A stretch of 64,000 bases of DNA, taken from assembly GCA_044226015.1 (NCBI GenBank), contig JBGAHS010000005.1, positions 160,001-224,000 of the forward strand. The letters run 5' to 3'. The notes under the pieces are model-generated. The model saw only the letters and a program-made list of their open reading frames with translations, was not told the origin of the DNA and ran no database searches. Source of the DNA: Candidatus Obscuribacteraceae bacterium (GTDB lineage Bacteria > Cyanobacteriota > Vampirovibrionia > Obscuribacterales > Obscuribacteraceae). Below, one piece after another: positions 40,197 through 50,302 of the stretch (position 1 is the stretch's first letter; each line of letters begins with the position of its first letter). The translations under genes were made by a program, and so were the position numbers.

Positions 40197-41051
40197 ATGT
40201 CAGCTAAAATCAAAGTCGCCATTGGCGGAATCAGCGGTCGCATGGGACGAGCTAGTTCCATGCTGATTCTCGAAGGCTCTGAGCAATTTGAACTAGTTGG
40301 GGCTTTTGGTCGTGAAAACGCAGACTATGCTGGACTTGATGTTGGCGAATTCGTTGGCTGCAAATCAAATGGCGTAAAAATAAGCAATGGTCTCTCAAGC
40401 ATGTTGAGTCAGTGTAAGCCTGACATAGTCTTCGAAAATAGTGTTGCAGAGTACTCAGTAGAGATTGCGAAGACATTGATTCCCGCAGGTATCAGGCCCG
40501 TGATGGGAACTTCTGGAATTCCTGACGCTGATGTGAAGGCGCTAGATGAATTGAGCCGCAAGCACAGGACCGGTGCTTTGCTCATACCAAACTTTTCTAT
40601 TGGTGCAGTGCTAATGATGGAATTCGCACGTCAGGCAGGTGCATTTTTTGAAAATGTGGAAGTCGTTGAAATGCATCACACTAAAAAGTTGGATGCTCCC
40701 TCAGGCACTGCGATGCATACTGTGAAAAAACTTGCATCAATGCGAGAGCAATACAATGCAAAAGAGGTTGAAGAACACGAACTACTGAAGGGCTCACGTG
40801 GAGCCGTCGGACAGTCAGGGGTTCGCGTACATTCTCTGCGCTTGCCTGGACTGATTTCGCATCAGGAAGTCATTTTTGGTGGTCCTGGTGAACTGTTCAC
40901 CATTCGCCATGACAGCTTCAATATGGATTGCTTCCTGAAGGGCATAGGACTTTCGCTTTCATTCGTGATGGGAATCGATCATCTTGTTCTTGGTTTAGAC
41001 AATGTGTTAGGGCTGGGTGCTCAAGAGCGAGCAACTGCAGCAGTAAAGTAG
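40197..41051 (+). CDS. dapB: 4-hydroxy-tetrahydrodipicolinate reductase
   Basis: GISGRMG, PNFSIG, EMHHTKKLDAPSGTA; AAGGAG RBS. Confidence 0.96.
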   Translation: MSAKIKVAIGGISGRMGRASSMLILEGSEQFELVGAFGRENADYAGLDVGEFVGCKSNGVKISNGLSSMLSQCKPDIVFENSVAEYSVEIAKTLIPAGIRPVMGTSGIPDADVKALDELSRKHRTGALLIPNFSIGAVLMMEFARQAGAFFENVEVVEMHHTKKLDAPSGTAMHTVKKLASMREQYNAKEVEEHELLKGSRGAVGQSGVRVHSLRLPGLISHQEVIFGGPGELFTIRHDSFNMDCFLKGIGLSLSFVMGIDHLVLGLDNVLGLGAQERATAAVK

Positions 41052-41067
41052 ATAAAAGGAGGATAAA

Positions 41068-42108
41068 ATGGCTTCTTCAAGACCAGTAAACGTCGCTATT
41101 TTGGGAGCAACCGGTCGCGTTGGTCAAGAACTGATCAAGGTACTGGAAGAGCGAAAATTTGCAGTGGCTGAGTTTCGTCCACTCGCGAGCGCTCGGTCTA
41201 AAGACGCCAAAGTTATCTTCAATGGTAAAGAATATGCAGTACAGGAACCTTCAGAAGAGGCCTTTAAAGGCATCGACATAGTATTGGCTTCTGCCGGTGC
41301 TGACATCAGTGAGAAGTTGAGTCCGCTTGCTGTAAAGCAAGGTGCTTGCGTGATTGATAACTCAAATGCATTTCGTATGGATCCATCAGTACCGTTGGTG
41401 GTGCCAGAAGTGAATGGACACACGTTGAAAGACCACAAGGGCATTATTGCTAACCCGAATTGCTCGACCTCACAGCTTGTGGTTGTTCTCAAGCCATTGC
41501 ATGATGCTGCAAAAATGAAAAGAGTAATTGTTTCGACATACCAATCTGTCAGTGGTGCTGGCAAAGAGGCTATGGATGAGCTAGAGCTTCAAACTCGAGC
41601 GGTGGTCGAAGGAAGAGAGCATCCTCCTCAGGTGTTTCAACGCCAGATTTCACACAACTTGATTCCACATATCGATAAATTCCTTCCGAATGGTTACACC
41701 AAAGAAGAAATGAAGGTTGTGCATGAGACACAGAAGATAATGGGCTTGCCAGATCTCGCTGTTACCTGCACTGCGGTAAGAGTGCCCGTCTATATCAGCC
41801 ACAGCGAATCTGTACTCATCGAATTCGAGAAGCCCATAAGTGCGGAACAAGCCAAAGAGATTTTGAGTAAAGCCGAAGCTGTGGAAGTTTGGGATGACCC
41901 TGATAATTCGCATTATCCAACACCTCTTGATACTGCTGGAAAAGACCCTGTTTATGTTGGACGAATCAGAAAAGATACGTCTTCTGAAAACGGTCTCAAC
42001 CTCTGGGTTGTGGCTGACAATTTGAGAATCGGCGCAGCACTAAATGCGGTTCGCATTGCCGAATATCTCGTCGAGCACAACCTGGTGCGTACAACCGTAT
42101 CCGCATAA
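41068..42108 (+). CDS. asd: Aspartate-semialdehyde dehydrogenase
   Basis: GATGRVG, ANPNCST, YQSVSGAG, DNLRIGAALN. Confidence 0.97.
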   Translation: MASSRPVNVAILGATGRVGQELIKVLEERKFAVAEFRPLASARSKDAKVIFNGKEYAVQEPSEEAFKGIDIVLASAGADISEKLSPLAVKQGACVIDNSNAFRMDPSVPLVVPEVNGHTLKDHKGIIANPNCSTSQLVVVLKPLHDAAKMKRVIVSTYQSVSGAGKEAMDELELQTRAVVEGREHPPQVFQRQISHNLIPHIDKFLPNGYTKEEMKVVHETQKIMGLPDLAVTCTAVRVPVYISHSESVLIEFEKPISAEQAKEILSKAEAVEVWDDPDNSHYPTPLDTAGKDPVYVGRIRKDTSSENGLNLWVVADNLRIGAALNAVRIAEYLVEHNLVRTTVSA

Positions 42109-42128
42109 TTTAGAAGAAGGAATTAGTT

Positions 42129-43046
42129 GTGATAGGTACATCAGCAGAAACTTTCGGCAGACTCATAACCGCAATGGTAACTCCTTTTGGAGATGATGGC
42201 AAAATTGATTTCAACGCTGTTGAGCAGCTCGTGGAACATCTCATTCAGAATAAAACCGATACCATCGTTGTTTCGGGTACCACTGGAGAGAGTCCGACTT
42301 TGTCGGATGATGAGAAAACAGAGCTCTTGAAGGCTGTTATCAAAGTCGCTAGAAAACGAGTAAAGGTGATCATGGGCACTGGCTCTAACGATACGCATAA
42401 GTCTATCGTGGCAAGTCAGAATGCTCAGGCACTTGGTGCCGATGGATTACTGCTGGTGGCACCTTATTACAACAAACCAAATCAGGCTGGGCTGAAAGCC
42501 CATTTCGGAGCGATTGCCGGCGCCGTCGATTTGCCCTGTGTTATCTACAACATTCCGGGACGCACCGGAATTACAATTGCTACTGAAACACTAGTACAAC
42601 TCGACGCTGAACATAAGAATATTGTCGCGCTAAAAGATTCAACCGGAAATGTAGAGCAAGCTCAAGAAGTGGCAAGGCTCGCTTCTGCCAAGTTCAGAAT
42701 TTACTCTGGCGATGACAATCTTACTTTGCCATTTCTGTCAGTCGGTGCCTGCGGCGTCATCAGCGTTGCAAGCCACGTTGTTGGAAACGAAATCAAAGCG
42801 ATGACCGACGCGTTCTTTTCTGGAAAAAATGAGGAAGCAAGGATGCTTCATTATAAGTACCTTCCAATATTTAAGGGACTTTTCATTGCACCGAATCCGA
42901 CCTGCGTAAAGTACATGCTGAGTCGTCTTGGGGTAGGCAAAGATCATTTGCGCTTGCCTCTTGTGCCGCTATCAGCACCTGAGCGCGAGCAAATGGATGC
43001 ATTGATGAAAGATTTGAAATTAGCAGCAACTGCTGTACGCAATTAA
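42129..43046 (+). CDS. dapA: 4-hydroxy-tetrahydrodipicolinate synthase
   Basis: GTTGES, PYYNKP, YNIPGRT, LKDSTG. Confidence 0.97.
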   Translation: MIGTSAETFGRLITAMVTPFGDDGKIDFNAVEQLVEHLIQNKTDTIVVSGTTGESPTLSDDEKTELLKAVIKVARKRVKVIMGTGSNDTHKSIVASQNAQALGADGLLLVAPYYNKPNQAGLKAHFGAIAGAVDLPCVIYNIPGRTGITIATETLVQLDAEHKNIVALKDSTGNVEQAQEVARLASAKFRIYSGDDNLTLPFLSVGACGVISVASHVVGNEIKAMTDAFFSGKNEEARMLHYKYLPIFKGLFIAPNPTCVKYMLSRLGVGKDHLRLPLVPLSAPEREQMDALMKDLKLAATAVRN

Positions 43047-43057
43047 CAGGTGAAGAA

Positions 43058-44812
43058 ATGACAGAGAAGCCCGCGGCTAACCTAGGCGCTCCCGGAAGTT
43101 TGAAAATAGTTCCGCTGGGTGGGCTTGCCGAAATAGGCAAGAATACCATGGCAATTATTTACGGCAATGACATGATTCTTGTTGATGCTGGACTAGGTTT
43201 TCCTTCAGAAGACATGCTTGGTGTCGATATAGTATTGCCTGATATCAGTTTCCTTAAAGAACACGAGCAAAAGTTGCGCGGGTTGGCTGTTACTCACGGA
43301 CATGAAGACCATATTGGTGGCATACCATACATGGTCAAGGAAATTGACATTCCTGTCATTTATGGACCTGCGCTTGCTATTGGCTTGCTCGAAGAAAAAT
43401 TGAAAGACATTGGTTTGCACGATCGCACTGTCATGCGACAAGTCAAGCCACGCCAGCAAGTGAAAATGGGATGCTTCACCGTCCAGTTCATTCGATGCAC
43501 TCATTCAATCGCAGATTCATTTAGTTTGATTATCAGAACACCTATTGGCACCATTGTGCATACAGGTGACTTTAAGTTTGACTTTACTCCGGTAGATGGT
43601 GAGCTGTTTGATTTTGCCAGTTTGACTAAAGCGCAGGAAGAAGAAGGTATTCTTCTTTTGATGAGCGATAGCACCAACACAGAAAGAGATGGCTACACAC
43701 CATCTGAACGAACTGTCTGGAAGAAACTGGACGAAGTTTTTGCTAACGCTGAAGGTCGCATCATTGTCACAACCTTCGCTAGCAACGTTCATCGAATGCG
43801 GCAAATCATGCAGGCTGCGATGAAATATAATCGCAAAGTTGCCATTCTTGGGCGCTCTATGTTGAACCTCGCCGGTATAGCCCGAGAGCTGGGTTACATG
43901 AGCTTTCCAGATGGTCTGCTGCTGAAAATTGACGAAATAAAACACTATCAGCCAAGCGAAATTGTGATTATGACTACGGGAAGCCAGGGCGAGCCGCTGT
44001 CGGCACTGACGCGAATAGCAAAGAATGAGCACAAGCAGGTCAAGATAGTTAAGGGTGATACTGTTATAGTGTCTGCCACACCTATTCCCGGAAACGAGCG
44101 ATCGATTGCCAATACTATCAACGAATTGTTTATGCGCGGCGCTGATGTGATTTATGGAAGAGATGCCGGCGTGCATGTTTCTGGTCATGCTTGTAGAGAA
44201 GAACAAAAGCTCATGATTAACTTGTGCAAGCCCAAGTTTTTTATGCCAGTGCACGGTGAATATAGAATGCTCATAAAGCATGCCGCGCTCGCCGTTGAAT
44301 GTGGTGTTCTCGAAGAAAATACCTATGTTATGGAAAATGGCGATGTGCTTGAGCTCTTTAAAGATCGTGGCGCAAAAATTGGTCGAGTCAAATCTGGCAT
44401 TGTGTTGATTGATAATTCCACATCATGGCCTATCGATCATCAGACTGTTCAAGAGCGTCAGCTGCTAGCTGAAGATGGCGTGGTCAATATAGCTTTGACT
44501 GTGTCCGCTAACAGAGATGTAGTTATGGGACCAGATATTAGTATCAGGGGCATTATTTTGCCACGAAGCACAAGCGCTGAGGAATTTCTGGAACAGCTGC
44601 GTGTAGACGTTTTGAAAATTATGGAGAACGATCCATCGATTAAGAAGCTGAACAATGTTGATTTGAAGAGCTATTTGATCGGCAAAATACACAAACATTT
44701 CCAGGAGACAATGCGCTTTACTCCACTCGTGCAGATGCTTTTGCAAGAGGTGTCCTTGAAGGGAACTAGCACAGGACGTTCTTCAAGCAAACGAAGCACT
44801 CAGTCCGATTAG
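43058..44812 (+). CDS. rnj: Ribonuclease J
   Basis: LGGLAEIGKN, THGHEDHIG, TGSQGEP, HVSGH, PVHGE. Confidence 0.97.
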   Translation: MTEKPAANLGAPGSLKIVPLGGLAEIGKNTMAIIYGNDMILVDAGLGFPSEDMLGVDIVLPDISFLKEHEQKLRGLAVTHGHEDHIGGIPYMVKEIDIPVIYGPALAIGLLEEKLKDIGLHDRTVMRQVKPRQQVKMGCFTVQFIRCTHSIADSFSLIIRTPIGTIVHTGDFKFDFTPVDGELFDFASLTKAQEEEGILLLMSDSTNTERDGYTPSERTVWKKLDEVFANAEGRIIVTTFASNVHRMRQIMQAAMKYNRKVAILGRSMLNLAGIARELGYMSFPDGLLLKIDEIKHYQPSEIVIMTTGSQGEPLSALTRIAKNEHKQVKIVKGDTVIVSATPIPGNERSIANTINELFMRGADVIYGRDAGVHVSGHACREEQKLMINLCKPKFFMPVHGEYRMLIKHAALAVECGVLEENTYVMENGDVLELFKDRGAKIGRVKSGIVLIDNSTSWPIDHQTVQERQLLAEDGVVNIALTVSANRDVVMGPDISIRGIILPRSTSAEEFLEQLRVDVLKIMENDPSIKKLNNVDLKSYLIGKIHKHFQETMRFTPLVQMLLQEVSLKGTSTGRSSSKRSTQSD

Positions 44813-44878
44813 CACTCCCTTCTGATATCGTCCATGGTGACTGGCTAATCAGAGTCTTAGTTTGTTGGAGAGCAGTAA

Positions 44879-45400
44879 ATGGGGTTCAGTCTTTCCTGGC
44901 TAGCGGTAAATGAGCTTAGCGAGGATGCGATTATTTCTGCGCTAGGATTGCGTAAAACAGGTAAGTCTGATGAAGTTCCTGATTGGGAAATCTCCTATAT
45001 GGAGCAAGGTGCTTGGTGTTTTGTCTTTCTCAATCATGATGACATAGAGAGCGTTAAGCCCTCATGGGTTCAGACCTTATCTAAAAGCACTGAGGTGATA
45101 TCAGTGTTCGTCGAGGAACACGTTATGTATAGCAGAGCCAGTTGCTGGAAGGATGGTAAGCGGGTCTGGAGCGTGGAACATGATAATGAGCGCGGAGGTC
45201 TTGCTGATGTTCGCTCAGAGGGACTGGTGCCAGCTAGTTATCAGACAATTCTTAGTGAATTGTTGCAGCGGACGAAAGAAGACCCTAACCCTTGCGATTA
45301 TTTGTTTGATGCTCCAACAATGCTTGCTCAAGATATTACAAGCTATAAACATGATGAGTCTGGGGAAAGTACATTTTGGGAACTGAGCTCCAAATTGTAA
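44879..45400 (+). CDS. Hypothetical acidic cytoplasmic protein
   Basis: GGAG RBS; 173-aa ORF. Confidence 0.7.
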   Translation: MGFSLSWLAVNELSEDAIISALGLRKTGKSDEVPDWEISYMEQGAWCFVFLNHDDIESVKPSWVQTLSKSTEVISVFVEEHVMYSRASCWKDGKRVWSVEHDNERGGLADVRSEGLVPASYQTILSELLQRTKEDPNPCDYLFDAPTMLAQDITSYKHDESGESTFWELSSKL

Positions 45401-46888
45401 TTACGTTGTTTTGATTGCCATTGTATTGATGTGTTTAGGCAGTGTAAAAAAGAAAGTACTGCCACCTTCGGGGTTGTCGATAAAACCGATCTTCCCTTCG
45501 TGAGCTTCGGCTATTTTTCTTGCGATTGGCAGCCCCATACCCTTAGCTATGGTTTCGTCTGAGCCCGGCATTTTTCGAAAGCGTTCAAACAATTGCTTGC
45601 GCATTTCTTCAGGAACACCTGGTCCAGAATCTATCACTCTTACTGTGACTTCCGTATCATTCTCTATCGCCTCAATTTGTACTTCACTGCCTGCTTTTGA
45701 ATGCTGTATGGCGTTACACACAAGTATTCGGATTAATTGAGTTATTCTGTCGGCATCGATGCTTAGTTCAGCATTTGTTTCATTCTCAACGATGCGAAGA
45801 TCTTTAGCCTCTGCCAGTTCCTTCAAGGTAGCCGCTGCCTTGCTGATGCAAAACTCTAAATAAGAAGTCTTTCTGTCCAGGTTTAGTTTTCCTGCTTCCA
45901 TTTTTTCCAGATCCAATAAATCGTTGATTACTGAAAGCAGCTCTTCCAGTGTTTTATCTGATTTCAACAAAGTTTCGTTGCTTCGCTCGTTGATTGGACC
46001 AGCAATTCCCATTGTGAGTATCTCGATTGTTCCCCTGATGGAGTTAAGTGGGGTTCTCAATTCATGACTCACCATTGCAAGAAAAGCCTGCCTTTCCTTT
46101 TGTGCTACTTCTATCGCGTCAGCCATTTCATGCATGGCTAGGTCCAATTTCGCAATCTCATCTGAACCAGCCACAACTGGATTCATCGGTTGTTTTGCTG
46201 TCAACCTTCGGGTGTTGTCGGTCATGGTAATGAGTCGAGAAAGAATAGTACGAATGAAATAAGCACTGAGAACCAAAACTAAAATTATGTTGCAGCTTAC
46301 TCCTACCCAGCAGATTGTTTCCAGGTGTTTTCGTCGGTTTGCTTCGATTTCAGGGTAAGTTTTTAGCAAGCTCTCAGCGTCATTCAGTAAGTTCACCGAA
46401 CAGAATTCCCAGTCTCGACGCAGTTTGAGTACATGGTTGAAGACTGCTCCTACAAACGCCATGGCTTGTGTCTTGCTTTCTATTTTTCGAAGACGTTCTT
46501 TACTTTTGTGGACTATACGAAATACCTTGCCCTGTAGCACCTTCATTTTTTCAATGTGGTTCTTCAAGTTCAAGTCTTTTGTGTTATTGGTCAGCCATGT
46601 GGATGTCTTCTTTATTGCTAGTTCGTAATCGTTCGATTGAGCCTCTATCTCCGGGTCTTGAGACTTAGCCCAATTCTCGACGGATTGCTCGTAATCTGAA
46701 AGCAGGAAGACCAGTTTTTGGCTATTGCGTAGCACATCTTTCAAGTGCGATTCGCGGCTAATCTCCTGCTCGGCTAGAAGGAGTTGCCAGCTCAACAATG
46801 CAACAAAAAATACCTCTCCTAAAACGAGCAGAGCAATCAGCGACATACTTTGCGCTGTAAGAGAGAGTGAAGAGAACTTTCTAAGCAT
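45401..46888 (-). CDS. Sensor histidine kinase with intact H-box and partly divergent ATP-binding domain
   Basis: MVSHELRTPL; N-box RILVCNA, DSGPG, G2 AKGMGL; ATG overlaps the upstream stop (ATGCTTAG). Confidence 0.9.
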   Translation of the reverse strand: MLRKFSSLSLTAQSMSLIALLVLGEVFFVALLSWQLLLAEQEISRESHLKDVLRNSQKLVFLLSDYEQSVENWAKSQDPEIEAQSNDYELAIKKTSTWLTNNTKDLNLKNHIEKMKVLQGKVFRIVHKSKERLRKIESKTQAMAFVGAVFNHVLKLRRDWEFCSVNLLNDAESLLKTYPEIEANRRKHLETICWVGVSCNIILVLVLSAYFIRTILSRLITMTDNTRRLTAKQPMNPVVAGSDEIAKLDLAMHEMADAIEVAQKERQAFLAMVSHELRTPLNSIRGTIEILTMGIAGPINERSNETLLKSDKTLEELLSVINDLLDLEKMEAGKLNLDRKTSYLEFCISKAAATLKELAEAKDLRIVENETNAELSIDADRITQLIRILVCNAIQHSKAGSEVQIEAIENDTEVTVRVIDSGPGVPEEMRKQLFERFRKMPGSDETIAKGMGLPIARKIAEAHEGKIGFIDNPEGGSTFFFTLPKHINTMAIKTT

Positions 46889-48467
46889 GCTTGTTCTCCT
46901 CAATGGAATCAGGCTTCTTCTCCTCTAAGGAAGCCAGCTTATTCTCCTCGTGGGAGTCATACTTCTCTTCTAAAGAAGCCTTTTCGTTCTTCTCTAAGGA
47001 AGCCAGCTTGCTCTCCTCGATGGAGGGAAGTTCAAACCAAAAGGTGCTTCCTTTACCAGGTTCGCTATCGCAGCCAATTTTTCCTCCATGTTGTTCGATG
47101 ATTCGCTTGCAAATGTTCAGTCCAAGCCCTGTTCCTGCTCCACGTTTGCCATCAGCACTGTTGACTTGTTGGAATTTTTCGAAGATGCTTGCAGCTTGTT
47201 CTTTTGGAACTCCGCGACCCTTATCTACCACCGATACTCTCAAAAAGCTCTCTATCTTATCTGCCTTCAACAGCACCTTTTCTTCTTTAGGAGAAAACTT
47301 GGCCGCATTTGACAAGAAATTCACGAGCACCTGAATTAACCTGTTGCTGTCTGCATAGACAACGTGATTTCTTTCGCATTGAAGTTCAATGGAAATCCCT
47401 TTCTTATTTGCGAAATCAACGACTGAGTCGAGTGCGCGCTGCAGTACTTCGTGGAGTTCGACTTTATCCAAGTGCATTCTTATTTTACTGTCAGCACCCG
47501 TTAGGTCTGCTCCAGTTAAATCATCGACGATTCCGACAAGTCGAATGAGATTTCTTTCTCCGCTTCTGAGAAGGTCGCTTCCTTTCTTTGAGAGGTCTTT
47601 TGATTCTTCTTTAAGCAGCACGTCAAAGTTGTTATAAACGTCTTCCAGTGGTTGCGAGAGCTCGTCCCTGAACATGGCTACGTATGAGCGTCGAAGTGTT
47701 TCGTATTCTCTCATCTGCTGTGCCATCGAATGAAACGACTGATCAAGCTGAGAAATTTCATCACTTCCTTTTAGTACAGGAAGTAGTTCTTGTGATGCTT
47801 TCAAACGGCGGGTATTTTCTAGCAGTATCAAGAGACGATTGCTGATGTCTCGAGAAAACATCAAAGCAAGACCGATAGCGAAAATTATATTGATTACTAG
47901 CGCAACGAATACGATTCCTTGCATGTTCCGTCTGATTGTGTCTTGTGAAGCAGGAAGATTGCTCAAGCGTGCCTCCTGAAGTTTCAGGAAATTGATTGCC
48001 AGTGCTTGTAGATGTCTTTTTTTCTCACGTAACTCGACAATACATGATTGCACCAGGCTTGGCTTCTCCTCTTCATTCGCTTTGTCTACTTCCTCTATCC
48101 AATAATCAATGCGGCTGAAAGTCCATTTTGCGTTTTGATGTAGCTCATTCAATAGCTGCTGCTGTTCATGCTCTCTGTCGATGTTCTTTGATAAGTAGTT
48201 CAGCTCATCCAAAATGCTGTTGAAGATTGAGTGGAGGTTCGATTCATTCACCTTTGTTGGCGAGGTACTCCACGCACCTAAAGCTTCATGACCTGAGTAC
48301 AAACCTCGTGTAATTGCCTGGGTGTGCAAATAGATATCTTTGAAGTGAGCTTCTGCCGCAGCTTCGGTCTCTGCTTTGCTCAACTGCTGCTTAATTAGTA
48401 GTCCCATCGCCAACTCGACGGTAAGGAGCAGGAAGATTATTATTAGTCCTTTCCTGGCGATGCTCAT
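46881..48467 (-). CDS. Histidine-kinase-like protein lacking the phospho-acceptor His, with intact HATPase
   Basis: H-box reads AMFRDELSQPL; NFLSNAAKF, DKGRG and GTGLGL are intact. Confidence 0.9.
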   Translation of the reverse strand: MSIARKGLIIIFLLLTVELAMGLLIKQQLSKAETEAAAEAHFKDIYLHTQAITRGLYSGHEALGAWSTSPTKVNESNLHSIFNSILDELNYLSKNIDREHEQQQLLNELHQNAKWTFSRIDYWIEEVDKANEEEKPSLVQSCIVELREKKRHLQALAINFLKLQEARLSNLPASQDTIRRNMQGIVFVALVINIIFAIGLALMFSRDISNRLLILLENTRRLKASQELLPVLKGSDEISQLDQSFHSMAQQMREYETLRRSYVAMFRDELSQPLEDVYNNFDVLLKEESKDLSKKGSDLLRSGERNLIRLVGIVDDLTGADLTGADSKIRMHLDKVELHEVLQRALDSVVDFANKKGISIELQCERNHVVYADSNRLIQVLVNFLSNAAKFSPKEEKVLLKADKIESFLRVSVVDKGRGVPKEQAASIFEKFQQVNSADGKRGAGTGLGLNICKRIIEQHGGKIGCDSEPGKGSTFWFELPSIEESKLASLEKNEKASLEEKYDSHEENKLASLEEKKPDSIEENKHA

Positions 48468-48769
48468 GCTTTTACCGTTTGGATCCGCTGTCTTTGCGGA
48501 GAAAGAGACAACTAGAGGTCATGGAGGAAGCCCCAACACGGTACTATATTTTCCCTCAATTAGACAGAGATTCCATCTCAAACTTTCTTTGGTGTTAGTG
48601 CATTGGTTTGCTTAAAGTGCTGCCGCCGTTCAAGAGCTTTGCAGCATTTGCCGTGTTTCATAAACATATTAGCTTGATTACTGCCGCCTACTGCAATACA
48701 ATTCAAGTTTATTATCGGCGATTCCTAATAGCGGTAGAAATAACGACCGGTTCGAGATCGAGGGAAGAT

Positions 48770-49462
48770 ATGGTTAAGGTAGTTTCCAGAATTTTGCTAG
48801 CGAGCACTGCTCTTCTTACTGTTATAGCAATTCCTTGTTTCGTATTCGCTGCTAATGCCGCTTATGATCAGGCGATCGGCGCCTACAAAGCAAGAAACTA
48901 TCGAGGCGCAATTCAGGGTTTTCAGACTGTATTGAAGTCCAATCCATCAGACCCTATGGCGCACTATTACTTGGCGCTCTGTTTTCAGGGAACTAATCAG
49001 ATGGCGTTAGCACGTCAGGAATACACGTGGGTGTCCAGTTGCAACAATGCGCAACTTCGTTCATATGCAGCCTCGGGTCTAGCAAATTTGAGTAAATATC
49101 CCAGCTCATATAGTGGGTCGGGTGGACATTCTTCTTTTTCTAGCAACACTGTTGCGATGGCGGGTGGCTCTCGAATTAACGGAAGGTTGAAGGTCTTAGA
49201 GTTCTACGCAGATTGGTGAGGACCGTGCAAGAAGTTCGGTCCGGACTTCGATTACGTTGCTAGTAAATACCGCAGCCAGGCTGAATTTCAGAAGCTTAAT
49301 GGTGAGGATCCAGCTAATGCTGACCTCATGAGCAAGTACAACGTAACGGGATATCCGCGTCTTGTTTTTACTGATTCGTCTGGAAGGAAACTCGATGAAA
49401 TTCGTGGAGCACCAGATCGAAGCAGTTTTGAAAGCGCTGTAAAACAATTTCTCGTCAAGTAG
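48770..49462 (+). CDS. Exported TPR-thioredoxin, probable selenoprotein (WUGPC; UGA at 49217-49219)
   Basis: Signal peptide, TPR, then LEFYADW-UGA-GPCKKF...YNVTGYPRLVF...TAG in one frame; SECIS-like hairpin follows. Confidence 0.88.
49231..49249 (+). promoter_or_regulatory. Bacterial SECIS element
   Basis: 11 nt after the UGA: GAAGTTC-GGTCC-GGACTTC; spacing and GGUC loop match E. coli fdhF. Confidence 0.75.
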
Positions 49463-49639
49463 GTGCTAATCGCCATGATGGCGGTGCTCCCAGATTCGAC
49501 GTCCAAATCAACTAAAATCACATTTCGAGCTTGACCGATATCAGGGAATCTCCCAGGATGCTCCAAGTGATTCGGCTTTGGCAGCGCCTCCATCCTGGCG
49601 GCTTCTACCAGGATGTTAGCGGTGCTTTCGATTGTCCAT

Positions 49640-50197
49640 TTATGGTTTCCAATAAATACCGTTTTCGCGTTTGAGAAGTTGCGCACCGATGAGTTCTCTC
49701 CTCAGCGTTGCGAAGTCTTCGTGATGCTTCCCGATAATCTGGTTGACCTGCTTTTCTGGATATTCCTTTTCGTTTTCAAACTGGCTGGCTAAGAATTTGA
49801 GTATCACTTCTCGTTTCTTTCTGCTAGCCGGAATTTCTTTAAGGCGTTCCCCATCAAAAAAGTCTTTCAAAATCTTCCGTTCCCAGGCATCTGACGCCAC
49901 TTCCTCACTAATGGCTGACATTGTGTCAAGCGTGAGGATGCGTTTTGACAAACCTCGAAGTTCTTCGAAGTTGAGACTATACAAATGCGTCGTACCGCTG
50001 CTGCGCATTGTTACTAGCGATACTTCTTTGAGTTTCGAAAGATGATGAGACACTGTTGGTGCTTTAAGACCAAGCAGCTCTGCTAGCTCATCGACATTCT
50101 TTTCTGATGAACTGAGTGCCCCTACTATTTTGAGCCGACTCTCATCCGATAATGCCTTGAAAAAGGTGATTATCTTGCTTAATTCTGGACTTGCCAT
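49640..50197 (-). CDS. ArsR-family regulator with DUF2087 domain
   Basis: FKALSDESRLKI...TVSHHL; IPASRKKR...YPEKQVN...DFATLRREL. Confidence 0.9.
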   Translation of the reverse strand: MASPELSKIITFFKALSDESRLKIVGALSSSEKNVDELAELLGLKAPTVSHHLSKLKEVSLVTMRSSGTTHLYSLNFEELRGLSKRILTLDTMSAISEEVASDAWERKILKDFFDGERLKEIPASRKKREVILKFLASQFENEKEYPEKQVNQIIGKHHEDFATLRRELIGAQLLKRENGIYWKP

Positions 50198-50302
50198 AAC
50201 TACCTACCGTTTATTCTTTGATGTTTGTCTAATTCGATGTGTATCTAAATAGATGTATATCAAATTATTGATGCGTGCGAAACTGGCAGATAGCATTTAT
50301 TA

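Noticed and set aside
46890..47020. KLASLEEK-type repeats at the kinase C-terminus as a mobile element or frameshift signal
   Set aside because: Short coding duplications; the downstream gene has its own GAGGAG RBS and ATG, and there is no slippery site.
49217..49219. UGA as a sign of an alternative genetic code (Trp/Gly reassignment)
   Set aside because: TGA ends well-conserved genes here (mobA at 39399, smc at 57982), and Trp or Gly at this position would destroy the CxxC motif.
49589..49603. 15-nt match CCATCCTGGCGGCTT shared with the rsgA leader (~11567)
   Set aside because: A single 15-mer match is expected by chance in 64 kb, and the similarity does not extend.
49288..49686. 132-aa minus-strand ORF (and 49196..49447)
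   Set aside because: Antisense shadows of the read-through thioredoxin domain; no recognisable motifs.
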